Source of the DNA: Pseudomonadales bacterium
GTDB lineage: Bacteria; Pseudomonadota; Gammaproteobacteria; Pseudomonadales; Azotimanducaceae
Reading direction: 5' to 3'
DNA length: 64,000 nt
NCBI GenBank assembly: GCA_036381275.1
Contig: DASVDC010000128.1
Coordinates: 18,667-82,666, forward strand
The translations under genes and the position numbers were made by a program. Positions 43,748 to 52,857 of the stretch are shown in pieces. The first letter of the stretch is position 1. Each line of letters begins with the position of its first letter. The notes beneath the pieces are model-generated. The model was not told where the DNA came from, searched no databases, and was given only the letters and a program-made list of their open reading frames with translations.

Positions 43748-45076
43748 TCAGGCCCCGCTGCCGTCGGTCGACCGCGCCCCGTTGACGAGCGTGGCGGCAT
43801 CGGCCTCCCGGACGGCCGACGGCTGTCCGTCCAGGTGCCACAGGCTCGCCAGCGCCGAGATCATCACCGCGATGGTGAGCATCGCGGCCCCGCAGATCAA
43901 CAGCGCACCCTGCGGGCCGACCTGCTCCACCAGGAAGCCGTTCAGCAGCGCACCGATCGGGCCCGCGCCGAAGAACGAGAAGGAATAGAAGCTCATCACG
44001 CGGCTGCGCTGCGTGAGCGGTGCCTGCTCCTGCATGATGGTGCGCGACATCGTCATCGCGATGCCGCCGCAGGCGCCCCACAGAAACAGCGTGAGCAGAT
44101 AGACCGGGAACGACGGCGCCAGCGCGGCGACGGCCAGCATGGTCCCGCCGATCGCCTGCGCGAGCAGCAGCGCGCGCCCCTGGCGCCGCACGTCGCCGAA
44201 GCGCAGCAGCAGGATCACGGTGCTGAACAGACCCAGGCTGTTCGCCGCGTTCATCAGACCGAGCTCGGTGGCGGAACCGGCGTACACTTCGCGCACCAGG
44301 ATCGGCATCGTGACGATGTACGAGCCCATGAAGAAGAACGCCATCGCCGCGTTCTGCACGACGATCATGCGCATCGGCGGCGACGAGAACACGGTTCGCC
44401 CGCCCTCCCGCAGCGAGCGCAGCAGCGGCGCCGCCGGCAGGTCCGCGCCGTGGCGCTCGTTGCGGATACGGGCGAGGCCGAACGCGCCGACCACCAGCAC
44501 CAGCGCCTGAATCAGCAGGATCGGCTCCGCACCGGAGACGTCGGCGAGCGATGCGACGACGAAGCCGACCACCTGCAGCCCGAACTGGAACAGGCTCGTC
44601 AGCACCACCGCCCGCTGCACGCGGCCTTCCGCCACCTGGCTCAGCAGCCCGTCGCGCGCCGGCGTCACGAACGCCTGCGCACAGCCCATCAGCACCGCGT
44701 AGCCGATCATCGCGGCGAAGGTCAGCCGGTCCGTGGCCACCACCGCGAGCAGCAGCAGCGGCGACAGCGCCGCGAGCGACTGCGCGAGCAGCGCGACCCG
44801 CCGGGCGCCGAAGCGGTCCGCGTAGCTGCCGCCGATCAGGATCAGCAACGTCCCCGGGAGCAGCAGCGACATCTGCGCGACGCCGATCTTCTCCGGTGTT
44901 TCGCGCAGCACCATGGTCACGAGCCACGCGAACATCACGCCCTGCATGCCGAAGGCGAGAAACCAGCTTCCCGTGCCAGCCAGGTAGTAATGCAGTGGAC
45001 GCATCCAGGGCTCGTCTCGCAGCGATGGCCGTGCCCGCAACGGGCGTTTCTCGGCGGGAACTGGCGAGTCTAGCAT
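43748..45076 (-). CDS. MFS transporter
   Basis: 12-TM-like hydrophobic profile. The start is ATG 45076 or 45004. The track start at 45169 would run through the REP element and was rejected. Confidence 0.8.
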   Translation of the reverse strand: MLDSPVPAEKRPLRARPSLRDEPWMRPLHYYLAGTGSWFLAFGMQGVMFAWLVTMVLRETPEKIGVAQMSLLLPGTLLILIGGSYADRFGARRVALLAQSLAALSPLLLLAVVATDRLTFAAMIGYAVLMGCAQAFVTPARDGLLSQVAEGRVQRAVVLTSLFQFGLQVVGFVVASLADVSGAEPILLIQALVLVVGAFGLARIRNERHGADLPAAPLLRSLREGGRTVFSSPPMRMIVVQNAAMAFFFMGSYIVTMPILVREVYAGSATELGLMNAANSLGLFSTVILLLRFGDVRRQGRALLLAQAIGGTMLAVAALAPSFPVYLLTLFLWGACGGIAMTMSRTIMQEQAPLTQRSRVMSFYSFSFFGAGPIGALLNGFLVEQVGPQGALLICGAAMLTIAVMISALASLWHLDGQPSAVREADAATLVNGARSTDGSGA

Positions 45077-45082
45077 CGCTGC

Positions 45083-45136
45083 TGTGGGAGCGGCCTCCGG
45101 CCGCAAATCGGTTCGCGGCCGGAGGCCGCTCCCACA
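45083..45136. repeat. REP-like palindromic element, copy 2
   Basis: TGTGGGAGCGGCCTCCGGCCGCAAA-tcgg-TTCGCGGCCGGAGGCCGCTCCCACA, in a divergent intergenic region. Confidence 0.85.
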
Positions 45137-45240
45137 ACGCCCCCACAAAAAAGAGGCCAGCCCCCACACGGTTCGACGCTACCGCCGCCACAGGCCCGGT
45201 ACTACAATTCCGGCCCCTTGGGAGGCGCACGGGGCACGAC

Positions 45241-45720
45241 GTGACGCGGACGCGTTGGGGGCTTTGGCTGGTGGCGCTGATCGCCGCGGCAGCCGTCTGG
45301 TCGCAGCCGGAGACGGTCGGCCGGCCACCGCTGCTCGACTCCCGCGTCTATCTGCAGATCTCCCCCGACGGGCAGGACGATCTCGAGGCGCTGTTCCAGG
45401 CGCTCGAGGACTCCGTCGCCGCGAACGAGCCGCAGAGCGACCCGGTGATCATCGTGCTGCACGGGCCGGAGGCGGAGCCCTTCATCCGCGCGAACTACCT
45501 CGCGCACCGGAGCCTCGTCGACCGCGCCGCGAAGCTGCAGGCGTTCAACCGCATCGAGCTGCGCATGTGCGAAACCTGGCTGCGCCGGAACGGCTACGAC
45601 GAGGACGATCTGCTGCCGTTCGTGCGCACGGTGCCGTTCGCGCCGGCCGAGGTGGAGCAGCTCGAGCGCCACGGCTACGTGCGCTTCCATCCCGACATGA
45701 CGCGGCGCTCGATGCTGTAG
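45241..45720 (+). CDS. hypothetical exported protein
   Basis: GTG start and a signal-like leader (WGLWLVALIAAAAVWS). 159 aa. No family recognised with confidence. Confidence 0.5.
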   Translation: MTRTRWGLWLVALIAAAAVWSQPETVGRPPLLDSRVYLQISPDGQDDLEALFQALEDSVAANEPQSDPVIIVLHGPEAEPFIRANYLAHRSLVDRAAKLQAFNRIELRMCETWLRRNGYDEDDLLPFVRTVPFAPAEVEQLERHGYVRFHPDMTRRSML

Positions 45721-45753
45721 CCGCCGGCTCCCTGCCCGGCCGTTGAGCGGCCT

Positions 45754-45772
45754 GATGTTACTTCGTATCATC
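45754..45772. promoter_or_regulatory. Zur-box-like imperfect palindrome
   Basis: GATGTTAC-TTC-GTATCATC lies 21 nt upstream of ATG 45793. It matches the remembered consensus ATGTTATAWTATAACAT at 12/17 positions. Confidence 0.3.
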
Positions 45773-45792
45773 GCGCCGGCCAGGAAGCCGCG

Positions 45793-46080
45793 ATGAGCCC
45801 GACCCGACGAATCCGCCGAACACCGCTCGCCCTGCTGCTCTGGGCCGGCGCGCTGCTGTTCGGCCAGACCGCGGCGCTCGCGCACCAGCACCTGGACGAT
45901 GCGCCGGGAACCACCTGCGTCGTCTGCACGTTCGCGCAGGCCGAAACCGCCGCCTGCGATGCGGCACAGGTCGTCGTTCCACCCGCGCGCTCCCTGCGCA
46001 CCACGTTCGCTCCCGACGGCGGCCGCTTCGAAGCGGCGCCCGTTCGCCACTTCCAGTCCCGCGCGCCGCCGCGCGGCTGA
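45793..46080 (+). CDS. small exported protein with HxH and CxxC motifs (DUF2946-like, tentative)
   Basis: Signal peptide, then AHQHLDD...TCVVCTF. It is positioned directly upstream of a TonB-dependent receptor, as such small proteins often are. Confidence 0.45.
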   Translation: MSPTRRIRRTPLALLLWAGALLFGQTAALAHQHLDDAPGTTCVVCTFAQAETAACDAAQVVVPPARSLRTTFAPDGGRFEAAPVRHFQSRAPPRG

Positions 46081-46174
46081 TCCAGTCGAAACCACCCGGC
46101 GCGCGCCGGCGACTCCGCTCGCCGTGCGTGCGCGTTCCGAGTCCCTGGATCGCCCGCGAAACTGGAGCACCGCC

Positions 46175-48250
46175 ATGAAGCCCATACGAGCCGCTACGGC
46201 AACTCTCGGCTGTCTCGCCATCGCCGTGGCCTGCAGCGCCACCGCCGAGGCACCGCGTCCCATCGAGCAGGTCGTCGTCACCTCGCACCCGCTTTCCGCC
46301 GAGGGTCTCGCGCTCTCCACCGAGGTGCTGGAGCGCGAAGAGCTCGCTCGCAAGCTCGAGAGCAGCGTCGGCGAGACGGTCGGCCGGGAGCCCGGCGTGC
46401 ACGCCGCCAGCTTCGGACAGGCGGCGAGCCGACCCGTGATCCACGGCCTGTCCGGACCACGGGTGCGGCTGATGGAGGACCGGATCGATGCGCTCGATGC
46501 GTCCGTCACCAGCGCCGACCACGCGGTGACCATCGAGCCGTTCGTCGCCGACCGCATCGAGGTGCTCAAAGGGCCGAGCACGCTGCTGTACGGCTCCGGC
46601 GCGATCGGCGGGGTGGTCGACGTGCACACCGGCCGCATTCCCCACGAGCAGGCGGCCGCGCCGCTGTCCGGGCGCCTCGAAGGGCGTCTCGGCGACAACG
46701 GCGACCGCCGCACGGCCGCCGCCCGGCTCGACGGGGGAGGCGGTGCGCTGGCCTGGCATCTCGACGGTTTCACGCGCGAGGCGGAGCCGTACGACATCCC
46801 CGGGTTCGCCGAATCCCGACGGCTGCGGGCGCTGGAGGCGCAGACCGGCGACGATCACGAGCCCGCTCGGGGCCGGCTTCCGGGCAGCGATCTCGAGTCG
46901 CGGGGGGGCGCCGCCGGGTTCTCGGTGATCGGTGAGCGCGGCTTCGCGGGGATGGCCATCAGCCGACTCACGGCGGACTACGGGTTGCCGGGCGGGCATG
47001 GGGATGGCCATCACGGAGATCGCGATCCGGAGATCGCTCCTGCGGAGGGGGCGGGGGGTGGGCACGGCGAGGACGACGTGCCGCGGGTCGACCTCGCGCA
47101 GACGCGGCTCGATCTGGAAGCCGCGCTCGCCGACCCGTTCCCCGGCATCGAGAGCGTGAACCTGCGGGTCGGCGTGAACGACTACCGCCACCGCGAGCGC
47201 GAAGCCGACGCCGTGGCCACCCGGTTCGACAACGACGCGCTGGAGGCGCGCATCGAGCTGACGCATCGGCCCGTCGGCGACTGGCGCGGCGCGGTCGGGC
47301 TGCAACTCACCGACCGCGACTTCTCGGCGCTGGGCGAGGAAGCCTTCATCGCACCGGTCGAGACCCGCTCGCTCGGCCTGTTCTGGGTCGGCGAGCGGTC
47401 GTTTCCGGCGTTCGATCTCGAAGGCGGTATCCGCCTCGAACGGGTCGAGGTCGATTCCTCCACCGGCGCACACGAGCGCTTCGGAGCCGGCGCCGCGTCG
47501 CTCGGCCTGATCCTGCCCTTCGGCGAGGCCTGGTCGCTCGGACTGCTCGCGGACTACGCGGTGCGCGCGCCGATCGCGGAGGAGTTGTACTCGTTCGGTC
47601 CGCACCTGACGACGCGATCGTTCGAGGTGGGGAATCCGGACCTCGACCCGGAACGCGTCGTCAGCGCCGCGGTGAACCTGCGCTATGCCGGGGCGCGCTG
47701 GTTTCTCGATACCACCGCGTACTACAACCGCTTCGCCGACTTCATCTACCAGGCGCCCGCCGGCACCGTGCGCGACGGTCTGCCGGTGTTCGCCTACCGC
47801 CAGGACGATGCGCACTTCGCCGGCCTCGATGCCGAAGTGCGCGCCACCGTGGCCGAGTGGCGCGGCGGCCTGCTCGAGCTGTCGGCTCGCTTCGATACCG
47901 TTTCCGGCACCGTGGACGTGACCGGCGACGACGACCTGCCGCGGCTGCCGCCCACCCGCTACGGGTTCGGGCTGCGCGCCGCGTGGGGTCCGGTGCGCGG
48001 CAACATCGAGCACGTCCGGGTGCGCGCGCAGCGTCACGTCGCCGACCACGAGCTGCCGACCGACGCCTACGCGGATCTGCGCGCCTTTCTTGGCGCCGAT
48101 CTGTCGCTCGGGCATGGACTCGAGGCGACGCTGTTCCTGCAGGGACGGAACCTCACCGACGACGAGCAGCGTCAGCACACCTCGTACGTCAAGGATCTCG
48201 CGCCGTTGCCGGGACGTACCGTGGAGGCCGGATTGCGGCTTCGCTTCTGA
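46175..48250 (+). CDS. TonB-dependent outer-membrane receptor (ZnuD-like, His-rich loop)
   Basis: Signal peptide and plug-domain motifs (VVVTS..., IEVLKGPSTLLYGSGAIGGVV). His/Asp-rich insert GGHGDGHHGDRDPE...GGGHGEDD. C-terminal ...GLRLRF. Adjacent to a Fur-family gene. Confidence 0.9.
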   Translation: MKPIRAATATLGCLAIAVACSATAEAPRPIEQVVVTSHPLSAEGLALSTEVLEREELARKLESSVGETVGREPGVHAASFGQAASRPVIHGLSGPRVRLMEDRIDALDASVTSADHAVTIEPFVADRIEVLKGPSTLLYGSGAIGGVVDVHTGRIPHEQAAAPLSGRLEGRLGDNGDRRTAAARLDGGGGALAWHLDGFTREAEPYDIPGFAESRRLRALEAQTGDDHEPARGRLPGSDLESRGGAAGFSVIGERGFAGMAISRLTADYGLPGGHGDGHHGDRDPEIAPAEGAGGGHGEDDVPRVDLAQTRLDLEAALADPFPGIESVNLRVGVNDYRHREREADAVATRFDNDALEARIELTHRPVGDWRGAVGLQLTDRDFSALGEEAFIAPVETRSLGLFWVGERSFPAFDLEGGIRLERVEVDSSTGAHERFGAGAASLGLILPFGEAWSLGLLADYAVRAPIAEELYSFGPHLTTRSFEVGNPDLDPERVVSAAVNLRYAGARWFLDTTAYYNRFADFIYQAPAGTVRDGLPVFAYRQDDAHFAGLDAEVRATVAEWRGGLLELSARFDTVSGTVDVTGDDDLPRLPPTRYGFGLRAAWGPVRGNIEHVRVRAQRHVADHELPTDAYADLRAFLGADLSLGHGLEATLFLQGRNLTDDEQRQHTSYVKDLAPLPGRTVEAGLRLRF

Positions 48251-48303
48251 CCACCGCCGCGCAGCCGAGGGTATACTCGGCCACGCGCCACGGGGTCGTC
48301 GTC

Positions 48304-48762
48304 ATGCTGCAGAAGACATCCTGCCGGTCCGATGAAGCGGAACTGCTCGCTCACGCCGAGTCCGTCTGCGCGGAGCAGCGGGTCGCGTTGACGCCGATCC
48401 GGCGGGACGTGTTCGCGCTGCTCTGCCGGCACGATCGGCCCGTCGGCGCCTACGAGCTACTCGCGGAGCTGAAGCAGACGCGGCCGAACGCGGCGCCGGT
48501 CACCGTCTACCGCGCGCTCGAGTTCCTGCTCGGCGTCGGGCTCGCGCACCGCGTGCACACGCTCAACGCATTCACCGCCTGCCGCGGCAACGAGTCGCCG
48601 CATCGGGGGCTGATGCTGGTCTGCAGCAAGTGCTCTCAGGTGATCGAGGTCGACGACCGCGGGGTGGAATCGTCGATCCGGCGTTCCGCGGCCGACCGGG
48701 CGTTCGCGACCGGCGACGAGCCGGTGGAAGTGGTCGGCACCTGCGCCGATTGTCAGCGCTGA
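48304..48762 (+). CDS. zur: Fur-family transcriptional regulator, probably Zur
   Basis: Fur-fold wHTH (VYRALEFLLGVGLAHRV) and Cys motifs CSKC ... CADC. The zinc-type receptor context supports Zur. Confidence 0.8.
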   Translation: MLQKTSCRSDEAELLAHAESVCAEQRVALTPIRRDVFALLCRHDRPVGAYELLAELKQTRPNAAPVTVYRALEFLLGVGLAHRVHTLNAFTACRGNESPHRGLMLVCSKCSQVIEVDDRGVESSIRRSAADRAFATGDEPVEVVGTCADCQR

Positions 48763-49163
48763 AACGAGCGCAACGCGGTCAGCCGCAGGTTGACCACGTG
48801 GGCAAACGCCAGAATGCCCGCGCCGACCAGCGTCAGCGCCGCCTCCAGTGCCGTTCCGAACAGATGCGCGGCGGCGACCGCCATCACGAGCAGGCCCACG
48901 CCGCCCACCGTGACCACCAGCCAGACCCCGTGACGCCGGACGCCGGCGTACAGCGCCGCGCCGGAGATCCCCGCCGCCAGCACGAACAGGAACCAGTGCA
49001 CCGTGGTCTCGGTCTCCCCGAGCCACACCGCGAGCGAAGGAGCCGCGACCAGCGCAATCGGTAACGCCAGGCAATGCACCAGGCAGACCGCGGACAGCGC
49101 GAGACCTGCCAGATCCCATTTGCGGTAGCGATCCTCCGACCGATTCAAGTCGACCTCGTGCAC
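48753..49163 (-). CDS. MerC-domain-like membrane protein
   Basis: Four TM helices, with LSAVCLVHCLALP in the first. GTG start. The 3' end overlaps the zur 3' end by 10 nt (convergent). Confidence 0.6.
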   Translation of the reverse strand: MHEVDLNRSEDRYRKWDLAGLALSAVCLVHCLALPIALVAAPSLAVWLGETETTVHWFLFVLAAGISGAALYAGVRRHGVWLVVTVGGVGLLVMAVAAAHLFGTALEAALTLVGAGILAFAHVVNLRLTALRSFQR

Positions 49164-49181
49164 ACGGGGCGGCTGGGCGCA

Positions 49182-49198
49182 ACGTTATAATATATCGC
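49182..49198. promoter_or_regulatory. Zur-box-like palindrome in a divergent promoter region
   Basis: ACGTTATAATATATCGC matches the remembered consensus ATGTTATAWTATAACAT at 13/17 positions. It is the AT-richest spot between 49163(-) and 49243(+), and also contains a TATAAT hexamer. Confidence 0.45.
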
Positions 49199-49242
49199 CG
49201 CACCCGGGTCTATGCTTCAGAAAAAACGAGGCTCCGGGGCCG

Positions 49243-49971
49243 ATGCTCGCGACCTTGCTCAAATGGACGATGCTCGCCAGCCTGCTGCTGTTGCCGGTGG
49301 CCTGCTGGAACGCCGACGTGCTGGCGGACGGGGTGACGCCGCTGCCCGCGCTCGGCCGGGAGCCCGAGCAGACGCCGATCGAACAGCCGCCGTTCCGGGT
49401 CAGCCAGGGCGGCGTGGACTACGAGGTCACGCCGCTGTTCCGGTATCGGCTGCACGGGCTCGTGGTCTCGCGCCGCACGCACGACGGCGAGCGGATGCTG
49501 CACCGGCGCTGGAACGATCATCTGAACGTGGCCGACGTCTGCGTGGTCTGGGGCGACAACGCGACGGCCGACCTCTCCGCGTTCGAGTTCTGGAGCGGTC
49601 AGTTCACCTGCTTCTTCGAGACGCATGACCCCGCCGCCTGGCGACGCTTCCGCCCGGATCAGATTTCCAACAATCACCTGCTGTCGGACGATCCGTGGCT
49701 GCGCGAGCGCATCGCGGCGCTGCGCGTCGGCGATCAGATCCGCCTCGAGGGCTACCTCGCGAGCTATCGCAACGACAGCGGGTTCGAACGCGGCACCTCG
49801 GTGGTGCGCACCGATACCGGCAACGGCGCCTGCGAGACCGTCTACGTCACCGGCTTCGACGTGCTGCAGGACTCGCCGTCGATCTGGCCGGACGTGCAGC
49901 GTCTCGCCGGCTTCGGCCTGATCGGCAGCGTGCTGCTGTGGGTGCTCGCGGCGCTGCGCGACTGGGTCTGA
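49243..49971 (+). CDS. hypothetical exported protein with C-terminal TM anchor
   Basis: Signal peptide (LASLLLLPVACW), a Cys/Trp/His-containing soluble part and a C-terminal helix (FGLIGSVLLWVLAAL). No family recognised. Confidence 0.6.
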   Translation: MLATLLKWTMLASLLLLPVACWNADVLADGVTPLPALGREPEQTPIEQPPFRVSQGGVDYEVTPLFRYRLHGLVVSRRTHDGERMLHRRWNDHLNVADVCVVWGDNATADLSAFEFWSGQFTCFFETHDPAAWRRFRPDQISNNHLLSDDPWLRERIAALRVGDQIRLEGYLASYRNDSGFERGTSVVRTDTGNGACETVYVTGFDVLQDSPSIWPDVQRLAGFGLIGSVLLWVLAALRDWV

Positions 49972-49980
49972 CCGGGCCAA

Positions 49981-51522
49981 TCAGCGCGGCCGCTCGGCCG
50001 CGATCCAGTCGAACAGCGTCGGCAGGTGCCGGCGCAGCTCCGGCGCCAGATAGGCGAAGTTCATCCCCCGGTCGATCAGCTCCCAGTACTGCGGCCGCTC
50101 GTCGGTCTCGAGCCCGTGCCGCAGCCGGCGCAGGCGCTCCGGCCGCTCCGGCGCGAGATCCCGCGCGATGCGCCGCGCCCGTTCGTGCTGGCCGCGCGCG
50201 AGCAGCATCGTCGCGGTTCGGATCTGCGCCCGGCGCACGCCGAGCAGGCTCTCCTCCTCGGCCTCCTCGCGAACCTCCTGATCGAGCTCGAGCAGCCGAT
50301 CGAGCAGCGCATCCACCACCGCGTCGTCGCGATCGAGCGCTGCCGCCAGGAGCTGCGCCAGATCGTGCGCCGCGGTCTCGAGCAGGAACGGCATACCCGC
50401 CCGGTAGGCGAGCTGCCCGTAGTAACCGAGGTGACCGGCGATCTCTTCGACGCGCGCCGCGTCCGGCACCGCGAGCAGCGCTTCGGCCACCAGCCGATAC
50501 TGGTTCTGCACGTAGTACGCGGTGCGCATGTCCTTGGCGTTCAGCGCGGTGCGCAGATAGCTGTTGAACGCACGAACGCAGACGGTCATCAGCTCCGGCC
50601 GCCTGAGCCCCGGCCCCACGGCGAGCCGCCGGGTCTGGATCGCGATCAGGTTGGCGACGTCGCGAAGCTGCCCCGTGCTCTGCCCGACCAGCGCCACCAG
50701 CCGCCGCAGCACCTTGGTCTCGAGCCAGACGCCGTGCGTCGCGATCTCCTCCAGCGTCTCGTCGGCCAGCGCGACGAAGTCCGGATCGCGGGCGAGGTTC
50801 TCGCCGATCGCGAACCATTCCGCCTGCAGCTCGCCCCGAAGCGCGTGCTGGTGCTCGATCAGCGCCGCGAGCGCGTCCACCGCCGCCATCGCGATGTCGC
50901 GGTCGCCGCGCACCACTGCGCTGCGGGCGACGTCCTGCAGCTCGTCCACCGCACGGCAGACGGCCTCCTGCGCCACGGCGGCGCGGCCGCCCGGCGCCCG
51001 CCGCATCACCCGCACGGCGTTCGCGTGGATCTTGTCGATGATGCTGATCGGCGACAGGAAGTTGAACACGTAGTAGACGTACGGCAGCAGCGACAGCAGG
51101 GAGACGGTCACCAGCGTCATCGTCACGACCGAACCTCTGGCGCCCCTCTCCGCGGCACTGCCGAGCCACGGGCCGAACCATAGGCACTGGAGCGTCGTGA
51201 TCACGAACAGTCCGAGCACCAGCAGGTTCGCCGGCTCGCGCACGAACAGTCGGGTGATCAGGTGGCTGTAGCGGTTCGCGGCCAGTTCGACGACGATGGC
51301 CACCACGGTGACGGCGATGGCCAGCACCGCCGCGACCACCTCGGCGGACCCCGCCAGCGCCTCCCGCAGCCGTCCACCGAGCAGCAACCCCCGCCAGGGG
51401 ATGCCGTCGGCGGCGGCCGATGCGACCAGGAGCAGCCCGGCCACGACGGCCAGCCCGACGAACGCGCCGAGCGGCCGCAGCGCGCCCGGCTCGCCCGACC
51501 GCCTTCCCGAGGTCCTGCTCAA
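49981..51522 (-). CDS. DUF2254-like membrane protein
   Basis: Four N-terminal TM helices and a large helical cytoplasmic domain. The only start compatible with the upstream gene is TTG 51522, which overlaps its TGA (TTGA). Confidence 0.7.
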   Translation of the reverse strand: MSRTSGRRSGEPGALRPLGAFVGLAVVAGLLLVASAAADGIPWRGLLLGGRLREALAGSAEVVAAVLAIAVTVVAIVVELAANRYSHLITRLFVREPANLLVLGLFVITTLQCLWFGPWLGSAAERGARGSVVTMTLVTVSLLSLLPYVYYVFNFLSPISIIDKIHANAVRVMRRAPGGRAAVAQEAVCRAVDELQDVARSAVVRGDRDIAMAAVDALAALIEHQHALRGELQAEWFAIGENLARDPDFVALADETLEEIATHGVWLETKVLRRLVALVGQSTGQLRDVANLIAIQTRRLAVGPGLRRPELMTVCVRAFNSYLRTALNAKDMRTAYYVQNQYRLVAEALLAVPDAARVEEIAGHLGYYGQLAYRAGMPFLLETAAHDLAQLLAAALDRDDAVVDALLDRLLELDQEVREEAEEESLLGVRRAQIRTATMLLARGQHERARRIARDLAPERPERLRRLRHGLETDERPQYWELIDRGMNFAYLAPELRRHLPTLFDWIAAERPR

Positions 51523-52781
51523 CGGCCGCCCCCGTCGATTCGCACGCCGTCGCGGAACGTGCAGCGCACTTCCGCGAACGCCGCCGGATCGGCGATCGGA
51601 TCGGCGCCGAGCACCACGATGTCCGCCGCGAGGCCGGCATCGAGCCGCCCGCGCCGGTCGCTTTCGTTCCAGCGCGCCGCCGGCGCGGTGGTGAGCGATT
51701 CGAGGATCTGCATCGGCGTGAGCCCGGCGTCCGCCATCAGCGCGAACTCGTCCGCGGGATCGGCATCGGACATGTAGCCGACGTCGGTGCCGAACAGGAT
51801 CTGGCCGCCGGCCGCGGCGAAGCCGCGGAGCTGCGCGAACGTCGCCTCGACGAGCCGTTGCCGGATCGCGTCGGGCGGCGATTCCTTGTCGAGCTCGTAG
51901 TGCCAGAGCTTCAGCGTGGGCACGAGCGACACGTCGTGCTCGACGAGCTGCCGAACGAGCGGCTCGGGCCAGGCGCTCTCGACGCCGAGCGTGGTGTGCA
52001 CGAGAACGTCGACGCCGGCGTCGAGCGCGGTGCGAATCCCCTCGACGTCGGTCGGATGCGCCATCGCCAGCTTGTCGTGCCGGTGGGTCTCGTCGGCCGC
52101 GCCGCGGGCGATCGGCCCGGCCATCCGCCGGATACTGCCATCCGCCTGCGGCGTCGCGACGAACAGCTTCGTACCGTCGGCTCCCGCCTCGAGGTTGTCC
52201 CGGACGACGGCGACGGCGTCGCTGGGCGTCGCCGGCTGAGGCATGCGGTCCAGCAGCTCCTTCGGGTAGTCGGCGAGATAGGCCGGGATCCCGTCGACCG
52301 GAAACAGCGGGTTGCCGACGGTGAGGATGCGAGGGCCGAGCAGTTCGCCCCGCTCGATCCGCGCACGCAGCGCCAGCGTGTTGTCGCGATCGGAACCGGT
52401 GTCCACCACCGTGGTGAAGCCGTGCTGCGTGAGCATGCCCGTGAGCGCCTGCTGCAGGCGCGCGGCCGGCGCGGTCGCGGCCCCCGCGAACTCCGCGCCG
52501 GTAAAGTGCACGTGGCTGTTCTGGAAGCCGGCGACCACGAACCCGCCGCCGCACTCGGATTCACGCGCGCCGGCCGGGATCGATACCGCTTCCCGCCCGC
52601 CGACGGCAGCGATCCGGCCGGCGCGGACCACCACCACGCCGTCCTCGATCGGCGCGGCGTCGGGTGCCGGATAGACCTTCGCGCCGCCGAGCACCCAGGC
52701 TCGATCGGCGTCGGGCGCCGCCGCGTGCAGCGGCACGCCGAACGAGCCGGCGATCAGCATCAGCAGGGTTCGGATCGGCAT
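51519..52781 (-). CDS. secreted amidohydrolase-family metallohydrolase
   Basis: Signal peptide, the HxH motif (FQNSHVHFT), and downstream H/D ligand regions (VLVHTT, LFGTDVG). Confidence 0.85.
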   Translation of the reverse strand: MPIRTLLMLIAGSFGVPLHAAAPDADRAWVLGGAKVYPAPDAAPIEDGVVVVRAGRIAAVGGREAVSIPAGARESECGGGFVVAGFQNSHVHFTGAEFAGAATAPAARLQQALTGMLTQHGFTTVVDTGSDRDNTLALRARIERGELLGPRILTVGNPLFPVDGIPAYLADYPKELLDRMPQPATPSDAVAVVRDNLEAGADGTKLFVATPQADGSIRRMAGPIARGAADETHRHDKLAMAHPTDVEGIRTALDAGVDVLVHTTLGVESAWPEPLVRQLVEHDVSLVPTLKLWHYELDKESPPDAIRQRLVEATFAQLRGFAAAGGQILFGTDVGYMSDADPADEFALMADAGLTPMQILESLTTAPAARWNESDRRGRLDAGLAADIVVLGADPIADPAAFAEVRCTFRDGVRIDGGGR

Positions 52782-52857
52782 CGCGTTGTCTCCCCCGTTG
52801 GCAGCGGCCCGGCGGATCGCTCCGGTCGGGCTCGCGTGGAATCGTAACCCATCGATT

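Noticed and set aside
45758-48178. 806-aa minus-strand ORF. The same applies to 54829..57684, 23662..25383, 49847..51640, 51420..52847, 59586..60857 and 61505..63043.
   Set aside because: All are antisense or out-of-frame shadows of genes with clear family signatures. They have low-complexity R/A/G/P composition, and some are extended artificially through REP elements.
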